A stretch of DNA of 64,000 nucleotides from Tagaea sp. Its GTDB lineage: Bacteria; Pseudomonadota; Alphaproteobacteria; CACIAM-22H2. The notes beneath the pieces were generated by a model. That model saw only the letters and a list, made by a program, of their open reading frames with translations. It was not told the DNA's origin and searched no databases. Within the stretch, counting starts at the first letter, position 1. Each line of letters begins with the position of its first letter. The DNA lies in assembly GCA_965279525.1 (NCBI GenBank), contig CBDIIB010000004.1:96001-160000 (forward strand), read 5' to 3'. Shown here piece by piece: positions 19,544 through 29,371 of this stretch. The translations under genes were made by a program, and so were the position numbers.

Positions 19544-20580
19544 ATACGAGCATCGATGCCGCCCGACCGGCGGCCGACGGCGCTCCAGGTCCGGTCGTGT
19601 CGGTACGCGACCTGCGCGCCTGGTACCGGCTATCGATGTTCGGCGTGGCGCGCGAGGTCAAGGCGGTCGACGGCGTCAGTTTCGAGATCCGGAATGACGA
19701 GATCTACGGGCTTGCGGGGGAGTCGAGTTCGGGAAAATCGACGCTCGTCAAGACGATCGCCGGCGCGATCCGGCCGCCGCTGGAGATCGTCGGGGGCGAG
19801 ATCGCCTTCAGTTTCATGGCGGGTACGGACGGACTCCACCGGGCATCGCGGGAGACGGCCGCACAGGTGCGCTGGCGGCATCTTTCCTACGTGATGCAGG
19901 GCTCGATGAGCGTCCTCAATCCGGTGCGCCGTGTCCGGGCGTCCTTCGTGGACTTCGCGTTCCGCCACATGGGGCTAGACGGAGCCGGATTCGATGCGGC
20001 TGTCGTCGCCCATCTTGAACGCGTTAACCTCGGCGCGTCGGTGCTCGACGCATATCCGCATGAATTGTCGGGTGGCATGCGCCAGCGCGTCACGATCGCG
20101 CTGGCAACCATCTGCCGGCCGAAGTTCGTGATTGCCGACGAACCGACGACGGCGCTTGACGTCGTCGTGCAGAAGGATGTCCTCGGCATGTTCCGGGGGA
20201 TCCAACGGGAAATGGGATCGTCTGTCCTGTTCGTCACGCACGACATGGGTGTCCACGCCCATCTGACCGACCGTTTGGGCATAATGTATGCAGGCCGGCT
20301 CGTCGAGGAGGCTCGGACCGCCGACCTGTTCGCGCGCCCCCGGCATCCATACACCCGGCATCTGATCGAATCTCTGCCCCGGATCGGTGACGACAAGCCA
20401 CGGCGAGGGCTTGAGGGCGCACCACCGAGCCTGGCGGATCCGCCGGACGGGTGCCGGTTCCACCCACGCTGCAGCTTTGCAACGGATCGTTGCCGCCGCG
20501 AGGTTCCGCAGATGACCGTGGTCGCACCGGACCATCGCGTCGCGTGCTTCGAGCGCGACCGGGTCGAGGCGGCGCAATGA
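19540..20580 (+). CDS. ABC ATP-binding protein (OppD-like)
   Basis: GESSSGKS, YPHELSGGMRQR, IADEPTTALD, C-terminal GCRFHPRC; GTGA overlap. Confidence 0.92.
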   Translation: MNTSIDAARPAADGAPGPVVSVRDLRAWYRLSMFGVAREVKAVDGVSFEIRNDEIYGLAGESSSGKSTLVKTIAGAIRPPLEIVGGEIAFSFMAGTDGLHRASRETAAQVRWRHLSYVMQGSMSVLNPVRRVRASFVDFAFRHMGLDGAGFDAAVVAHLERVNLGASVLDAYPHELSGGMRQRVTIALATICRPKFVIADEPTTALDVVVQKDVLGMFRGIQREMGSSVLFVTHDMGVHAHLTDRLGIMYAGRLVEEARTADLFARPRHPYTRHLIESLPRIGDDKPRRGLEGAPPSLADPPDGCRFHPRCSFATDRCRREVPQMTVVAPDHRVACFERDRVEAAQ

Positions 20581-21404
20581 CGGCGGCACTCCTTGAACTG
20601 GACGCGGTCTCGAAGACCTTCAGCCGGGGCGGCATCCTGTCCCGCGAGCGGATCGAGGCCGTCATCGACGTGAATTTCCGCCTCGACGGGGAGCGGGCGG
20701 AGATATTCTCGATCATCGGTGAGTCGGGGTCGGGAAAGTCGACGATCGCCCGAATGATCCTGGCGCTCCAGTCACCGACGTCTGGGCGTGTCAAGTTCAG
20801 GGGCAGGGATCTATCCGAGATCCGGACAAAGGACGAGCGCCAGAACTTCATGGCGTCTGTCCAGCCCGTATTCCAGAACCCGTTCGAGGCCTTCAATCCT
20901 CTGAAGCAGCTGGACCGCTATTTGTTCATGACCTGTCGACGCTTCACAGGCGTTCGCGACGAAGGCGCAGTCCACGCCGCGGCGGATGCGGCGCTCCGGC
21001 AGGTCGGGCTGTCGCTTGCCGAGGTACGCGGTCGTTATCCCCACGAACTTTCGGGCGGCCAGCTCCAGCGCGTGGCGATTGCCCGGGCGCTGGCGTCGAA
21101 GCCGTCCCTGCTGGTGGCGGACGAGCCGGTCTCGATGGTTGACGCATCGCTACGGGCGTCGATCGTCGCGCTCTTCTGCAAGCTGCGGGACGAGTTGGGA
21201 CTTTCGATCGTCTACATCACGCATGATCTGGCGACTGCCTACTCCATCTCCGACCGCATCGTCATCATGCAGAAGGGCCGGATCGTGGAAAGCGGCGAAG
21301 CGCGGAGCGTGCTTGCCGATCCGAAGCACCCGTACTCGCGCAAGCTCAAGGACTCGGTTCTGGAGCCGCTTGCGCCCGGCGACACCCCGATGTTCGCCCG
21401 CTGA
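20577..21404 (+). CDS. ABC ATP-binding protein (OppF-like)
   Basis: GESGSGKS, YPHELSGGQLQR, ADEPVSMVDAS. Confidence 0.92.
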   Translation: MTAALLELDAVSKTFSRGGILSRERIEAVIDVNFRLDGERAEIFSIIGESGSGKSTIARMILALQSPTSGRVKFRGRDLSEIRTKDERQNFMASVQPVFQNPFEAFNPLKQLDRYLFMTCRRFTGVRDEGAVHAAADAALRQVGLSLAEVRGRYPHELSGGQLQRVAIARALASKPSLLVADEPVSMVDASLRASIVALFCKLRDELGLSIVYITHDLATAYSISDRIVIMQKGRIVESGEARSVLADPKHPYSRKLKDSVLEPLAPGDTPMFAR

Positions 21405-21442
21405 ATTTTCGTGCATTCCAACAAACGAGACAGGAACTCGCC

Positions 21443-22993
21443 ATGAGAAACGCCAACGTACTTCTCGACCGGAACTTCTCCATCGGCCGTACGGATCGCC
21501 GTCTCTTTGGTGCCTTCGTCGAGCATCTCGGGCGCTGCGTCTACGGCGGAATATTCGAACCGGGCCACAAGACTGCCGACAAGAGAGGATTTCGAGGCGA
21601 CGTCCTCGCGCTTGTCCGTGAGCTCGGCCCCACGATCATGCGGTATCCAGGCGGCAACTTTGTCTCGGGCTACAACTGGGAAGATGGGGTCGGGCCTGTC
21701 AAAGAACGGCCGGCACGGCTCGATCTCGCGTGGTTCTCGACCGAGCCGAACAGTTTCGGAACGAACGAGTTCATGGACTGGTGCGTGGCCGCGGGCATAG
21801 AGCCGATGCTGGCCGTCAATCTCGGGACACGCGGGGGCGACGCGGCCCGAAATCTGGTCGAGTACTGCAACCACCCCGGAGGTACCTACTATTCCGATCT
21901 CCGGAAGAAGCATGGCTGGGAGAAGCCGCACGACATCAAGTTCTGGTGTCTGGGCAACGAGATGGACGGTCCATGGCAAATGGAGACGAAGACCGGCCGC
22001 CAGTACGGAGCTGTCGCACGCGAAGCGGCCAAGATGATGCGGTGGATCGATCCGTCCCTTGAACTCGCGGCCTGCGGATCGTCGGCGCGCTCGATGCCGA
22101 CTTATGGCCAGTGGGAAGAAGAAGTACTCGAGGAGACCTTCGAGCAGGTCGATTTCATTTCCCTGCACACCTATCTAAACAACTACAACGGAGATACTGC
22201 GGCCTTCCTCGCCTGTCCGGACTTGATGGACAACTTCATCGACGAAGTCGTGGCGATCGCAGATTCGGTCGCCGCCAAGCGGCGTTCGACGAAGCGCGTC
22301 ATGCTCGCCTTCGACGAATGGAACGTCTGGTATCGCACGCGCCGGCCGCGCGCCAACCGCATCAAGCCGGGTTGGCCGGTCGCCCCGCCGATCCTCGAGG
22401 AGATCTACAACATGTCCGATGCGCTCGCTTTCGGCGGTGCGTGCATCTCTCTCCTAAATCACGCGGATCGCGTAAAGACGGCATGCCTTGCCCAGCTTGT
22501 GAACGTGATCGCGCCCATCATGACCGAGACTGGCGGCCCGGCCTGGCGCCAGACGATCTTCCATCCGTTTGCGCAGATGAGCCGGTATGGGCGCGGCGAC
22601 GTTCTCCGGACGAAGATCGAAAGCGATACCTACGATGCCTCGTACTATGATCCTCGCGGTGACCAGGATCTCTACTTCCCGATCAAGAACACGCCTTACC
22701 TCAAGCTCGCGGCAGTCGCGGGCGAGGACGGGAAATCGTTGTCTTTGTTCGCATTGAACCGCGATCTTTCCGGCGAGCTACGGGTGAGAGTCGATGCCCG
22801 GGGATTCCATGGGCTCAAGGTGGTGTCGGCCGAGGAGTTGCGGCATGATCGGCTCGACGCGGTGAACTCCAAGAATGATCCGGAATGCGTATCGCCTGTG
22901 CCTCTGGAGGGAATTTCAGTCGCGGACGGCATCGTGAACATGACCCTGAAACCGGCTTCGTGGAATGTCATCCGGCTCCAATCGACGAAATAG
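21443..22993 (+). CDS. abfA: Alpha-L-arabinofuranosidase, GH51 (cytoplasmic)
   Basis: FVEHLGRCVYGGI, RYPGGNFVSGYNWEDG, CLGNEMDG (acid/base E), FDEWNVW (nucleophile), LAQLVNVIAPI. Confidence 0.93.
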   Translation: MRNANVLLDRNFSIGRTDRRLFGAFVEHLGRCVYGGIFEPGHKTADKRGFRGDVLALVRELGPTIMRYPGGNFVSGYNWEDGVGPVKERPARLDLAWFSTEPNSFGTNEFMDWCVAAGIEPMLAVNLGTRGGDAARNLVEYCNHPGGTYYSDLRKKHGWEKPHDIKFWCLGNEMDGPWQMETKTGRQYGAVAREAAKMMRWIDPSLELAACGSSARSMPTYGQWEEEVLEETFEQVDFISLHTYLNNYNGDTAAFLACPDLMDNFIDEVVAIADSVAAKRRSTKRVMLAFDEWNVWYRTRRPRANRIKPGWPVAPPILEEIYNMSDALAFGGACISLLNHADRVKTACLAQLVNVIAPIMTETGGPAWRQTIFHPFAQMSRYGRGDVLRTKIESDTYDASYYDPRGDQDLYFPIKNTPYLKLAAVAGEDGKSLSLFALNRDLSGELRVRVDARGFHGLKVVSAEELRHDRLDAVNSKNDPECVSPVPLEGISVADGIVNMTLKPASWNVIRLQSTK

Positions 22994-23048
22994 AACGCCC
23001 CCCGCGGCGTCCAGATCCGGCACGCGCCGATCGGCAGCCGGGAAAGCC

Positions 23049-24017
23049 GTGGGTTTGGCAGAGCGTCCGCTTGCACACAGTTTTCTTGCTGTGGACCCTG
23101 CGCGGCAGTTCGCGGTCATACGTGGGCTTGCGTCGCCTGTGCGGATCCGGATTCTCCAGCTACTTCGCCGCACTGGACCACTGAATGTGAACCAGATCGC
23201 CGAGGCGCTCGGACTTCCGCAGTCGACTGTCGCGACGAACGTGCAGATTCTTACGGAAGCAGAACTTATCGAGACGTCGCTAGGAAAGGCGAGCAAGGGC
23301 CAGCAGAAGATATGCTGGGCAAGGTTCGACGAGATCGTCATCCAGCTTGCGCCTGATCCGCCAAATCGCGAGACGAATCTGGTCGAGGTCGAGATGCCGC
23401 TTGGCCTTTACACCAACTGCGAGGTGTCGGCGCCTTGTGGCATGTGTTCGACGGACCGGATCATGGGCGTACTCGATGTTCCGAGCCTCTTCCTTGATCC
23501 GGTACGCGTCCAGGCCGCGCTGATCTGGTTTGGCCGGGGATTCGTCGAGTACAAATTTCCGAACAATGCAAAACTTGTGAACCGGGGGGTCGAAGCGCTG
23601 GAGTTCGAGCTGGAGCTTTCGTCCGAGGTTCCTGGAACGAACAAGGATTGGCCGTCCGACATCTCCGTGTGGGTCAACGATGTTCCGGTGGGGATCTGGA
23701 CCGCCCCCGGCGACTATGGAGATCGTCGTGGCCGATTTACGCCGCGGTGGTGGAAGCTCGAGGGTTCGCAATACGGGGACCTGACGACATGGAGGATCGG
23801 GGTGGATGGCACCTCGATCAACGGCAAGCGCGTTTCGAATGTCGGCCTGTCGAAGCTCGGTCTGCCCGATCATCACTCCATTCGCCTGCGCATCGGTATC
23901 GACGACAAGGCTAAGCGGCCCGGCGGGGTAAACATATTCGGCAAGGGATTCGGAAATCATGGTCGCGACATTGTCATGCGACTTCGACTGTCGCCGCGCC
24001 ATCTGTCGCCGGCGTAG
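23049..24017 (+). CDS. ArsR-type HTH regulator with long C-terminal domain (type often found beside sugar-utilisation genes); start uncertain
   Basis: GLASPVRIRILQLL...LNVNQIAEALGLPQSTV HTH; C-terminal LELSSEVPG, WPSDI, SQYG. Confidence 0.82.
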   Translation: MGLAERPLAHSFLAVDPARQFAVIRGLASPVRIRILQLLRRTGPLNVNQIAEALGLPQSTVATNVQILTEAELIETSLGKASKGQQKICWARFDEIVIQLAPDPPNRETNLVEVEMPLGLYTNCEVSAPCGMCSTDRIMGVLDVPSLFLDPVRVQAALIWFGRGFVEYKFPNNAKLVNRGVEALEFELELSSEVPGTNKDWPSDISVWVNDVPVGIWTAPGDYGDRRGRFTPRWWKLEGSQYGDLTTWRIGVDGTSINGKRVSNVGLSKLGLPDHHSIRLRIGIDDKAKRPGGVNIFGKGFGNHGRDIVMRLRLSPRHLSPA

Positions 24018-24081
24018 GTCGGCTCGAAACAAGGAAACGACGCGGCCAACGGCTACGTCATGACAGTACGGAGGAGCAATC

Positions 24082-25011
24082 GTGGCATCGATCTACACAC
24101 GTTACACCGGAATGTTTCCGATCGCCCCGACGCCATTCCACGACAACGGGGACCTTGATCTCGACGGCCAGCGCCGCGTGCTGGACTGCATGATTGACCA
24201 AGGTGTTGACGGTATCTGCATCCTTGCGAATTACTCCGAGCAATTCCTGCTGACGGATCACGAGCGCGATACGCTACTGGATATCTGCCTCTCGCACGTC
24301 GCCGACCGCGTTCCGGTCATCGTCACCACCAGCCATTTCAGCACACGGATCGCCGCCGAGCGGAGCCGCAAGGCGGCCAAAGCCGGCGCGAAGATGCTGA
24401 TGCTGATGCCGCCCTATCACGGGACCGCACTGCGTGCCGACGAGGCCGGCATCCTTGAGCACTTTGCCGCAGTCGCCGAGGCAAGCGGCCTGCCGATCAT
24501 GGTGCAGGATGCGCCGCTGAGCGGCGTCACGATGTCGGCATCCTTCCTCGCGCGGATGGCCAAGGAAATTCCGAGCGTCTGTTATTTCAAGATCGAGGTG
24601 CCGTTTGCCGCCGACAAACTGCGTAGCATGATCGAGCTTGGCGGCAAGGGTATCGTCGGGCCGTTCGACGGTGAAGAATCGATAACGCTGATGGCGGACC
24701 TCGAAGCCGGTGCAACCGGTACGATGGCGAGCGCGCTGCTGCCCGATCTGATCCGCCCGGTCGTCGTCGATTTCCTCGCCGGCCGCAGGAAGGACGCGTA
24801 TGACGCCTATTCGCGGATACTGCCTCTGATCAACTACGAAAACCGGCAGTGCGGCTTGCGCGCGACCAAAGTGGCGATGAAGGAGGGCAAGGTGATCAAG
24901 AGCGATGCCGTTCGCCATCCTCTAAAGGCGCTCCATCCAGCAACTCGCGCCGGTCTGCTCGACATTGCTGGCCCTCTCAAACCGATGGCCCTCCGTTGGG
25001 GGCATAGCTGA
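24082..25011 (+). CDS. araD: DapA-family L-2-keto-3-deoxyarabonate dehydratase (non-phosphorylative L-arabinose pathway)
   Basis: GICILANYSEQF, MPPYHG, MVQDAP, YFKIE, DGEESITL, ENRQ resemble the Azospirillum-type AraD; lacks the DapA GTTGE motif; next to GH51. Confidence 0.8.
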   Translation: MASIYTRYTGMFPIAPTPFHDNGDLDLDGQRRVLDCMIDQGVDGICILANYSEQFLLTDHERDTLLDICLSHVADRVPVIVTTSHFSTRIAAERSRKAAKAGAKMLMLMPPYHGTALRADEAGILEHFAAVAEASGLPIMVQDAPLSGVTMSASFLARMAKEIPSVCYFKIEVPFAADKLRSMIELGGKGIVGPFDGEESITLMADLEAGATGTMASALLPDLIRPVVVDFLAGRRKDAYDAYSRILPLINYENRQCGLRATKVAMKEGKVIKSDAVRHPLKALHPATRAGLLDIAGPLKPMALRWGHS

Positions 25012-25095
25012 TTTCCATTGCTCTTGATTTCCATCCATTTCCCTTCGTTGCCGAAGTTCATGGAAACTGTCATTCAAATCATTGAATAACCGGAA

Positions 25096-25134
25096 GTCTG
25101 GGGGACGCAGGTTCGAATTCTGCCGCTCCGCCCA
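25096..25134 (+). pseudogene. Degenerate 3' half of tRNA-Pro (att-site-like remnant)
   Basis: GTCTGGGGGAC (anticodon-loop-like) joined to GCAGG-TTCGAAT-TCTGC-CGCTCCG-CCCA; no 5' half upstream. Confidence 0.7.
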
Positions 25135-25141
25135 TCAAAGA

Positions 25142-25173
25142 AGCCCGCCGACCGGAACTCCGGTCGGCGGGCT
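25142..25173 (-). terminator. Hairpin, probable terminator of the minus-strand ABC operon
   Basis: AGCCCGCCGACCGGA-AC-TCCGGTCGGCGGGCT inverted repeat, followed by TCTTT on the minus strand. Confidence 0.7.
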
Positions 25174-25326
25174 CGTCATTTCGAGGTGTACTGTCGGATC
25201 ACGCCAGAAAAATGCGCCGGGCAGTTCGGCCCGGCGCATCGAAACAAGTCGTTGCGCCAGGCATCGCCGATCTGCCGTGGTCGACGGGCGCGACGAATTG
25301 AATGGGCGGGATCGAGATACTCGGTC

Positions 25327-26286
25327 CTACTCCAGCATGAATGCGGAAGGGGATATCAGGTCCTTGCGGACGTCTATCTTGTTGCGCAGCATTCCGGCCT
25401 CGACCATGAAGTCCTGATCGGCGCCCAGATTGGCGACATCGTTGTCGGTCATGCGTAGCGCGAAATCGTAGTAGGTCAACATCTTGCGCGCGTCGTCGAT
25501 GTCGATCTTCTGGTCATCGGCGGCGAGTTTCAGCGCTTCCTCCGGGTTGGATTTCATGAACGCCAGTGCCTTGCGATGAGCGGCGAGATAGGCCGCAACG
25601 ATCTGAGGGTGCTTGTCGAGGAGGTCGCCGCGCACAGCGATAACCGCCGTCGGCTCGAGAAGTCCGGCGCCCGACGCGATCACTCTGCCGCCGGCCTTCT
25701 CGACCACCAGTGCGTTGTTGCCTGCGAGCGTTGCGGCATCGACCTTGCCGGCCAGCAGAGCGGCTCTGGCCGATGGCAGGTCCATACTGACATGCTCGAT
25801 ATCGGTCAGCTTCATGCCGTTCTTCGCAAGCGCTGCCGCGAGCAGCTGATGCAGCACCGTTCCTTTGGGCCCAGCGACTGTCTTGCCTTTTAGCGATGCG
25901 ATGTCGGCTGGCCCATCCGCGCGCGTGAGGATCATGTAGGCTTTCGCTCCCCGGCTGTAGGTGGCGACCGCCTTGACGTCAATCCCGTTGGCCCGGCCCA
26001 GGATGGCTGACGATCCACCCAACACGCTGGCGATGTGGATTTCGCCCGCGGCAAGTGCCTGCATCTGCTGTGCTCCTGACGTGATCTCGGGCGATTCGAC
26101 GCGGATACCGAGTGGCCTGTACGCTTCGTCGAGATAGCCCTTCGCCCGCATGACGATCGAGGGCATGTTGAAAGGCGCGGCAACATATGTGACGCGAAGC
26201 GTTTCGATTTTCTGGGCACTCGCATGCGAAAAGCTCGCCAGAAATGCGACTGCCGCGATCGTGGAAAGTCGGATGGATATCTTCAT
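25327..26286 (-). CDS. ABC substrate-binding protein, NitT/TauT (SsuA/NMT1-like)
   Basis: Signal peptide ending ASAQ, LKGKTVAGPKGT, GKVDAA. Confidence 0.88.
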   Translation of the reverse strand: MKISIRLSTIAAVAFLASFSHASAQKIETLRVTYVAAPFNMPSIVMRAKGYLDEAYRPLGIRVESPEITSGAQQMQALAAGEIHIASVLGGSSAILGRANGIDVKAVATYSRGAKAYMILTRADGPADIASLKGKTVAGPKGTVLHQLLAAALAKNGMKLTDIEHVSMDLPSARAALLAGKVDAATLAGNNALVVEKAGGRVIASGAGLLEPTAVIAVRGDLLDKHPQIVAAYLAAHRKALAFMKSNPEEALKLAADDQKIDIDDARKMLTYYDFALRMTDNDVANLGADQDFMVEAGMLRNKIDVRKDLISPSAFMLE

Positions 26287-26299
26287 GGTCAGGTCTCCT

Positions 26300-27040
26300 T
26301 CAGGGATTTGTCCTTCGATCCTCGCCGGCTTCGAAGCCGGCAATGATCGCGCGGCGGAGTTCGACGATTGCCGAATCCGTCGGATCGCGCGGGTGCGGGA
26401 GGGGATTGGCGTATCTTTCGGCGATGACGCCGCGTTCCATCAGGCACACGCTGTCGGCGAGCAGGGCGGCTTCTTCGATGTCGTGCGTGACGAATACGAT
26501 CGTCGGCCTCAGGTGCCGCCAGACGGTGACGAGTTCGGCCTGCAGGCGGCGGCGCGTCATCGCGTCCAGTGCCGCGAACGGTTCATCGAGCAAAAGCAGA
26601 TCTGGCCGCGTTACGAGGGCCCGGGCAAGACCCGCCCGACTTGCCATGCCGCCCGACAACTGGTTGGGCCGCGCCTCGGTGAAATCGCCAAGACCCATCA
26701 CGTCAAGGACCTCGGTGACGCGAGCGGCTATGTCGGATTTCGGCAGACGGCGTTCCAGTGCGAAGCCCACATTTCGCGCGACGCTGAGCCAGGGCATCAG
26801 CCGTGGTTCCTGAAAAACATAGCCGACACCCGAAGTATCCCGGCCGTTCCGCACGATCGTTCCGGCGGTCGGCTGTTCGAGGCCGGCGAGAAGGCGCAAC
26901 GCCGTCGTTTTGCCGCAGCCCGATGGGCCGACCAGTACCGTGATGCTTCCCGCGGGGAGCTGCAGGTCGAAGTCGCGCAACGCCGCGACCTCGCGCCCGT
27001 CGATCCTGTAGGACTTCGAGATCGCACGGCATTCAAGCAT
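26300..27040 (-). CDS. ABC ATP-binding protein (SsuB/TauB-like)
   Basis: GPSGCGKTT, FQEPRLMPW, LSGGM, LDEPFAALD, VTHD. Confidence 0.92.
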   Translation of the reverse strand: MLECRAISKSYRIDGREVAALRDFDLQLPAGSITVLVGPSGCGKTTALRLLAGLEQPTAGTIVRNGRDTSGVGYVFQEPRLMPWLSVARNVGFALERRLPKSDIAARVTEVLDVMGLGDFTEARPNQLSGGMASRAGLARALVTRPDLLLLDEPFAALDAMTRRRLQAELVTVWRHLRPTIVFVTHDIEEAALLADSVCLMERGVIAERYANPLPHPRDPTDSAIVELRRAIIAGFEAGEDRRTNP

Positions 27041-27815
27041 GGGATTCGCGTGGCTGGTCGACAGGCACCCAAGGCCAGGCACGGGCGATGGCGCGGCGGA
27101 AGAGCCAGTCGCTCGCCAGGCCGAGAATGCCGATCATGATCACGCCGACGACGACGATGTCGGTACGCGCGAGGTTCTGCGCGTCTTCGATCAGATAGCC
27201 GAGCCCCGCCGAAGACGCGACGAGCTCGGCACCCACGAGTGCTCGCCAGCCTTGACCGAGTGCGATGCGCAAGCCGATCACGACGGAAGGCAAGGCCGAA
27301 GGCAGGACGATGCGCAGCAAGATCTCGTTGCGCGAGAGCCCGCTCACACGGCCGACTTCGATCAGCTTCGGGTCGCACTGGGCAACTCCGCCGGTTGTGC
27401 CGAGAAAGATCGGGAAGAAACAGGCAAGCGTGATGATGCCGACTTTCTGTGTCTCGCCTATCCCGAGCCACAGGATCAGAAGCGGGATCATCGCAAGTGG
27501 CGGGATCTGGCGCAGGAACTCGAGCGGCGGTTCGACGATCGTCCGTACCCATGCGATGCTGGCGAAGACGAACGCGACGACGAGCGCGAGCAATGTCGAC
27601 AGCGCGAAGCCGGCCGCCAATCGGGTGACGCTGATCCGGATATGCTTGGCGAGTTGGCCGCTTTCGAGCAGCTCCTGCGCGGCGTCCGCGACCAAAGACG
27701 GTGACGGCAGCAGTGCACGCGAAACGCCGGTCGTGGCGACGCCAACGGCCCAGATCACGACGATCGCGATCGCGACGAGTGGCCAGACGGGCAGGGTCGG
27801 TCGGGGTTGCGGCAT
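27033..27815 (-). CDS. ABC permease (SsuC/TauC-like)
   Basis: LLPSP, RQIPPLA, LWLGIGE, LVGAELV...GLG; alternative TTG start at 27824. Confidence 0.9.
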   Translation of the reverse strand: MPQPRPTLPVWPLVAIAIVVIWAVGVATTGVSRALLPSPSLVADAAQELLESGQLAKHIRISVTRLAAGFALSTLLALVVAFVFASIAWVRTIVEPPLEFLRQIPPLAMIPLLILWLGIGETQKVGIITLACFFPIFLGTTGGVAQCDPKLIEVGRVSGLSRNEILLRIVLPSALPSVVIGLRIALGQGWRALVGAELVASSAGLGYLIEDAQNLARTDIVVVGVIMIGILGLASDWLFRRAIARAWPWVPVDQPRESHA

Positions 27816-27996
27816 GTGCGTCAAACCCGCACGAACGCGCGCTGGTTCCGCCGGAAGCCGGTATCAGGGCGGGCTGCTGTGTGGATGACAATTGTAGTCG
27901 TGGATGAGGTAATTTCCATTGATTGCCAGTTAGTTAAGAAGGTGGAGCGGAGGCTCGTCAGGACGCCGGGTTGGGGGAGGCGTTCCCACATGCCAT

Positions 27997-28015
27997 ATTG
28001 CAAATGCCTCGCAAT
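27997..28015. promoter_or_regulatory. 19-bp imperfect palindrome resembling an alphaproteobacterial Fur/Mur box
   Basis: ATTGCAAAT-G-CCTCGCAAT in the AT-rich divergent intergenic region. Confidence 0.5.
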
Positions 28016-28080
28016 TGCACTACCTGTCAACATGAAATGGTGACTGCATATGGCTGCGCGCTTGAAATCGTTGCTGGGGA

Positions 28081-28695
28081 ATGATGACCGCGAAACCACC
28101 CGTCTTCGTGCTCTCGCACCGCGGCGGCGTACCGTCACCGTTCGAGGAATTCGTTCGCGAAGGCCGGATCGACGGGGTGTGGGAATGGGACCTGACGCCG
28201 CAGATGATCGCCGAAGCGAAAGGCGTGCTTCTGACGATCCATCTCGATCAGGTGCGCGCGATGGAATGGCGTGAAGGATTCGGCTCGATGCTCGCGCGCG
28301 GCGGGCGCGTTCTGATAAATGGCCATGTCGAGCAACCGTTCATCGACGGCGTCGGGCGCTTCATGCCCAGCGGCCGCACCCGTACACACCTTCGGCTTTC
28401 GGCACTCGGCATGCATCCGCTGTTTGATGGCGTGGATCGACTTGGTTTCGAGACGCGGCGCGGCGTGGCCGGTTTCTACGGCCGCGGCCACAACGCGATG
28501 CCGCGTGATGCGCAGGCGCTGACCGGAGTCGGCCCCGCCGCGGCACCCCTCGACTGGATCTGGCGACGCGCGGACGGGGGTGCTGTCCTGTCCCACGCCG
28601 GCAACGACCTGTGGACAAGCTGCGACGAGACTGCCGTCATGCATCGTCTGGCGGCGAACATCGTGCGATGGCTCGGACACGAGACGGAGCGGTAG
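28081..28695 (+). CDS. Hypothetical protein (possible class I glutamine amidotransferase-like fold)
   Basis: RBS GGGGA; motifs ARGGRVLING, HPLFDGV, GVAGFYGRG, HAGNDLW; 2 nt from the next gene. Confidence 0.75.
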   Translation: MMTAKPPVFVLSHRGGVPSPFEEFVREGRIDGVWEWDLTPQMIAEAKGVLLTIHLDQVRAMEWREGFGSMLARGGRVLINGHVEQPFIDGVGRFMPSGRTRTHLRLSALGMHPLFDGVDRLGFETRRGVAGFYGRGHNAMPRDAQALTGVGPAAAPLDWIWRRADGGAVLSHAGNDLWTSCDETAVMHRLAANIVRWLGHETER

Positions 28696-28697
28696 GC

Positions 28698-29306
28698 ATG
28701 CTCGCGACATTGCAGCCAGGTGCTTCCTATCACGTCGCGACGCTTGAGGATCCGCGCTACGAAGCGCTGTTCGAGCGGCGCATCCGGCCCGAATCTCTCG
28801 ACGCGGCGTCGCTCGATGGGGTGAAGGTCATGCTCGTGCCCTGTCGCACGAATCCACTGCGCCTCGCCGGCCGCTGGCCAGTCATGCGCGATTTTCTCGG
28901 TCGTGGCGGCGTGCTGGTTGCGATGGGCGAGACCTTCCAGAACGAATGGATACCTGGCGTATCGTTTCATCCGGAAGAAGCGAACTATTGGTGGTGGCTG
29001 GAAAAGGGCGCGGATCTTGGCGTCAGGTTAGCCGTGGCCGACCATCCGCTGCTGAATGGCCTCGGCAAGGCTGACGTCACCTGGCATCTGCATGGCTGGT
29101 ACGACCTGCCGCCGGATGCGCGCCCGCTGATCGTCGATCGCGAAGACAGGGCTTTGATGTACGAGGACAGGGCAAGCTTCGGCGGACAGCTGATCGTGAC
29201 AAGCCTTGATCCCTGCTATCACCATGGCTCCCATTTCATGCCGGCGACGACGCGGTTTCTGGATGGATTCCTCCCCAATCTCGCCGGCCTTGCACTCGGT
29301 CGCTGA
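28698..29306 (+). CDS. Hypothetical His-rich protein, distant paralog of the upstream gene
   Basis: FLGRGGVLVAMG, HPLLNGL, WHLHG, LDPCYHHGSHFMP. Confidence 0.78.
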   Translation: MLATLQPGASYHVATLEDPRYEALFERRIRPESLDAASLDGVKVMLVPCRTNPLRLAGRWPVMRDFLGRGGVLVAMGETFQNEWIPGVSFHPEEANYWWWLEKGADLGVRLAVADHPLLNGLGKADVTWHLHGWYDLPPDARPLIVDREDRALMYEDRASFGGQLIVTSLDPCYHHGSHFMPATTRFLDGFLPNLAGLALGR

Positions 29307-29340
29307 GTTCGCGTGGCATTGGAGCGCTCTCATGCAGTGG

Positions 29341-29371
29341 GGCGCAGGTTCGATTCCCGTCGCCTCGACCA
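29341..29371 (+). pseudogene. Second degenerate tRNA 3'-end (probably tRNA-Pro), direct repeat of the 25.1-kb remnant
   Basis: GGCGCAGG-TTCGATT-CCCGT-CGCCTCG-ACCA followed by TCAA, as at the first copy. Confidence 0.6.

Noticed and set aside
24082-25011. Call as dapA
   Set aside because: Lacks GTTGE; has the ANYSEQF motif of 2-keto-3-deoxyarabonate dehydratases and lies in an arabinoside cluster
25060-25134. Intact tRNA gene
   Set aside because: No 5' acceptor strand or D-arm, and the variable region is deleted; the same applies at 29341
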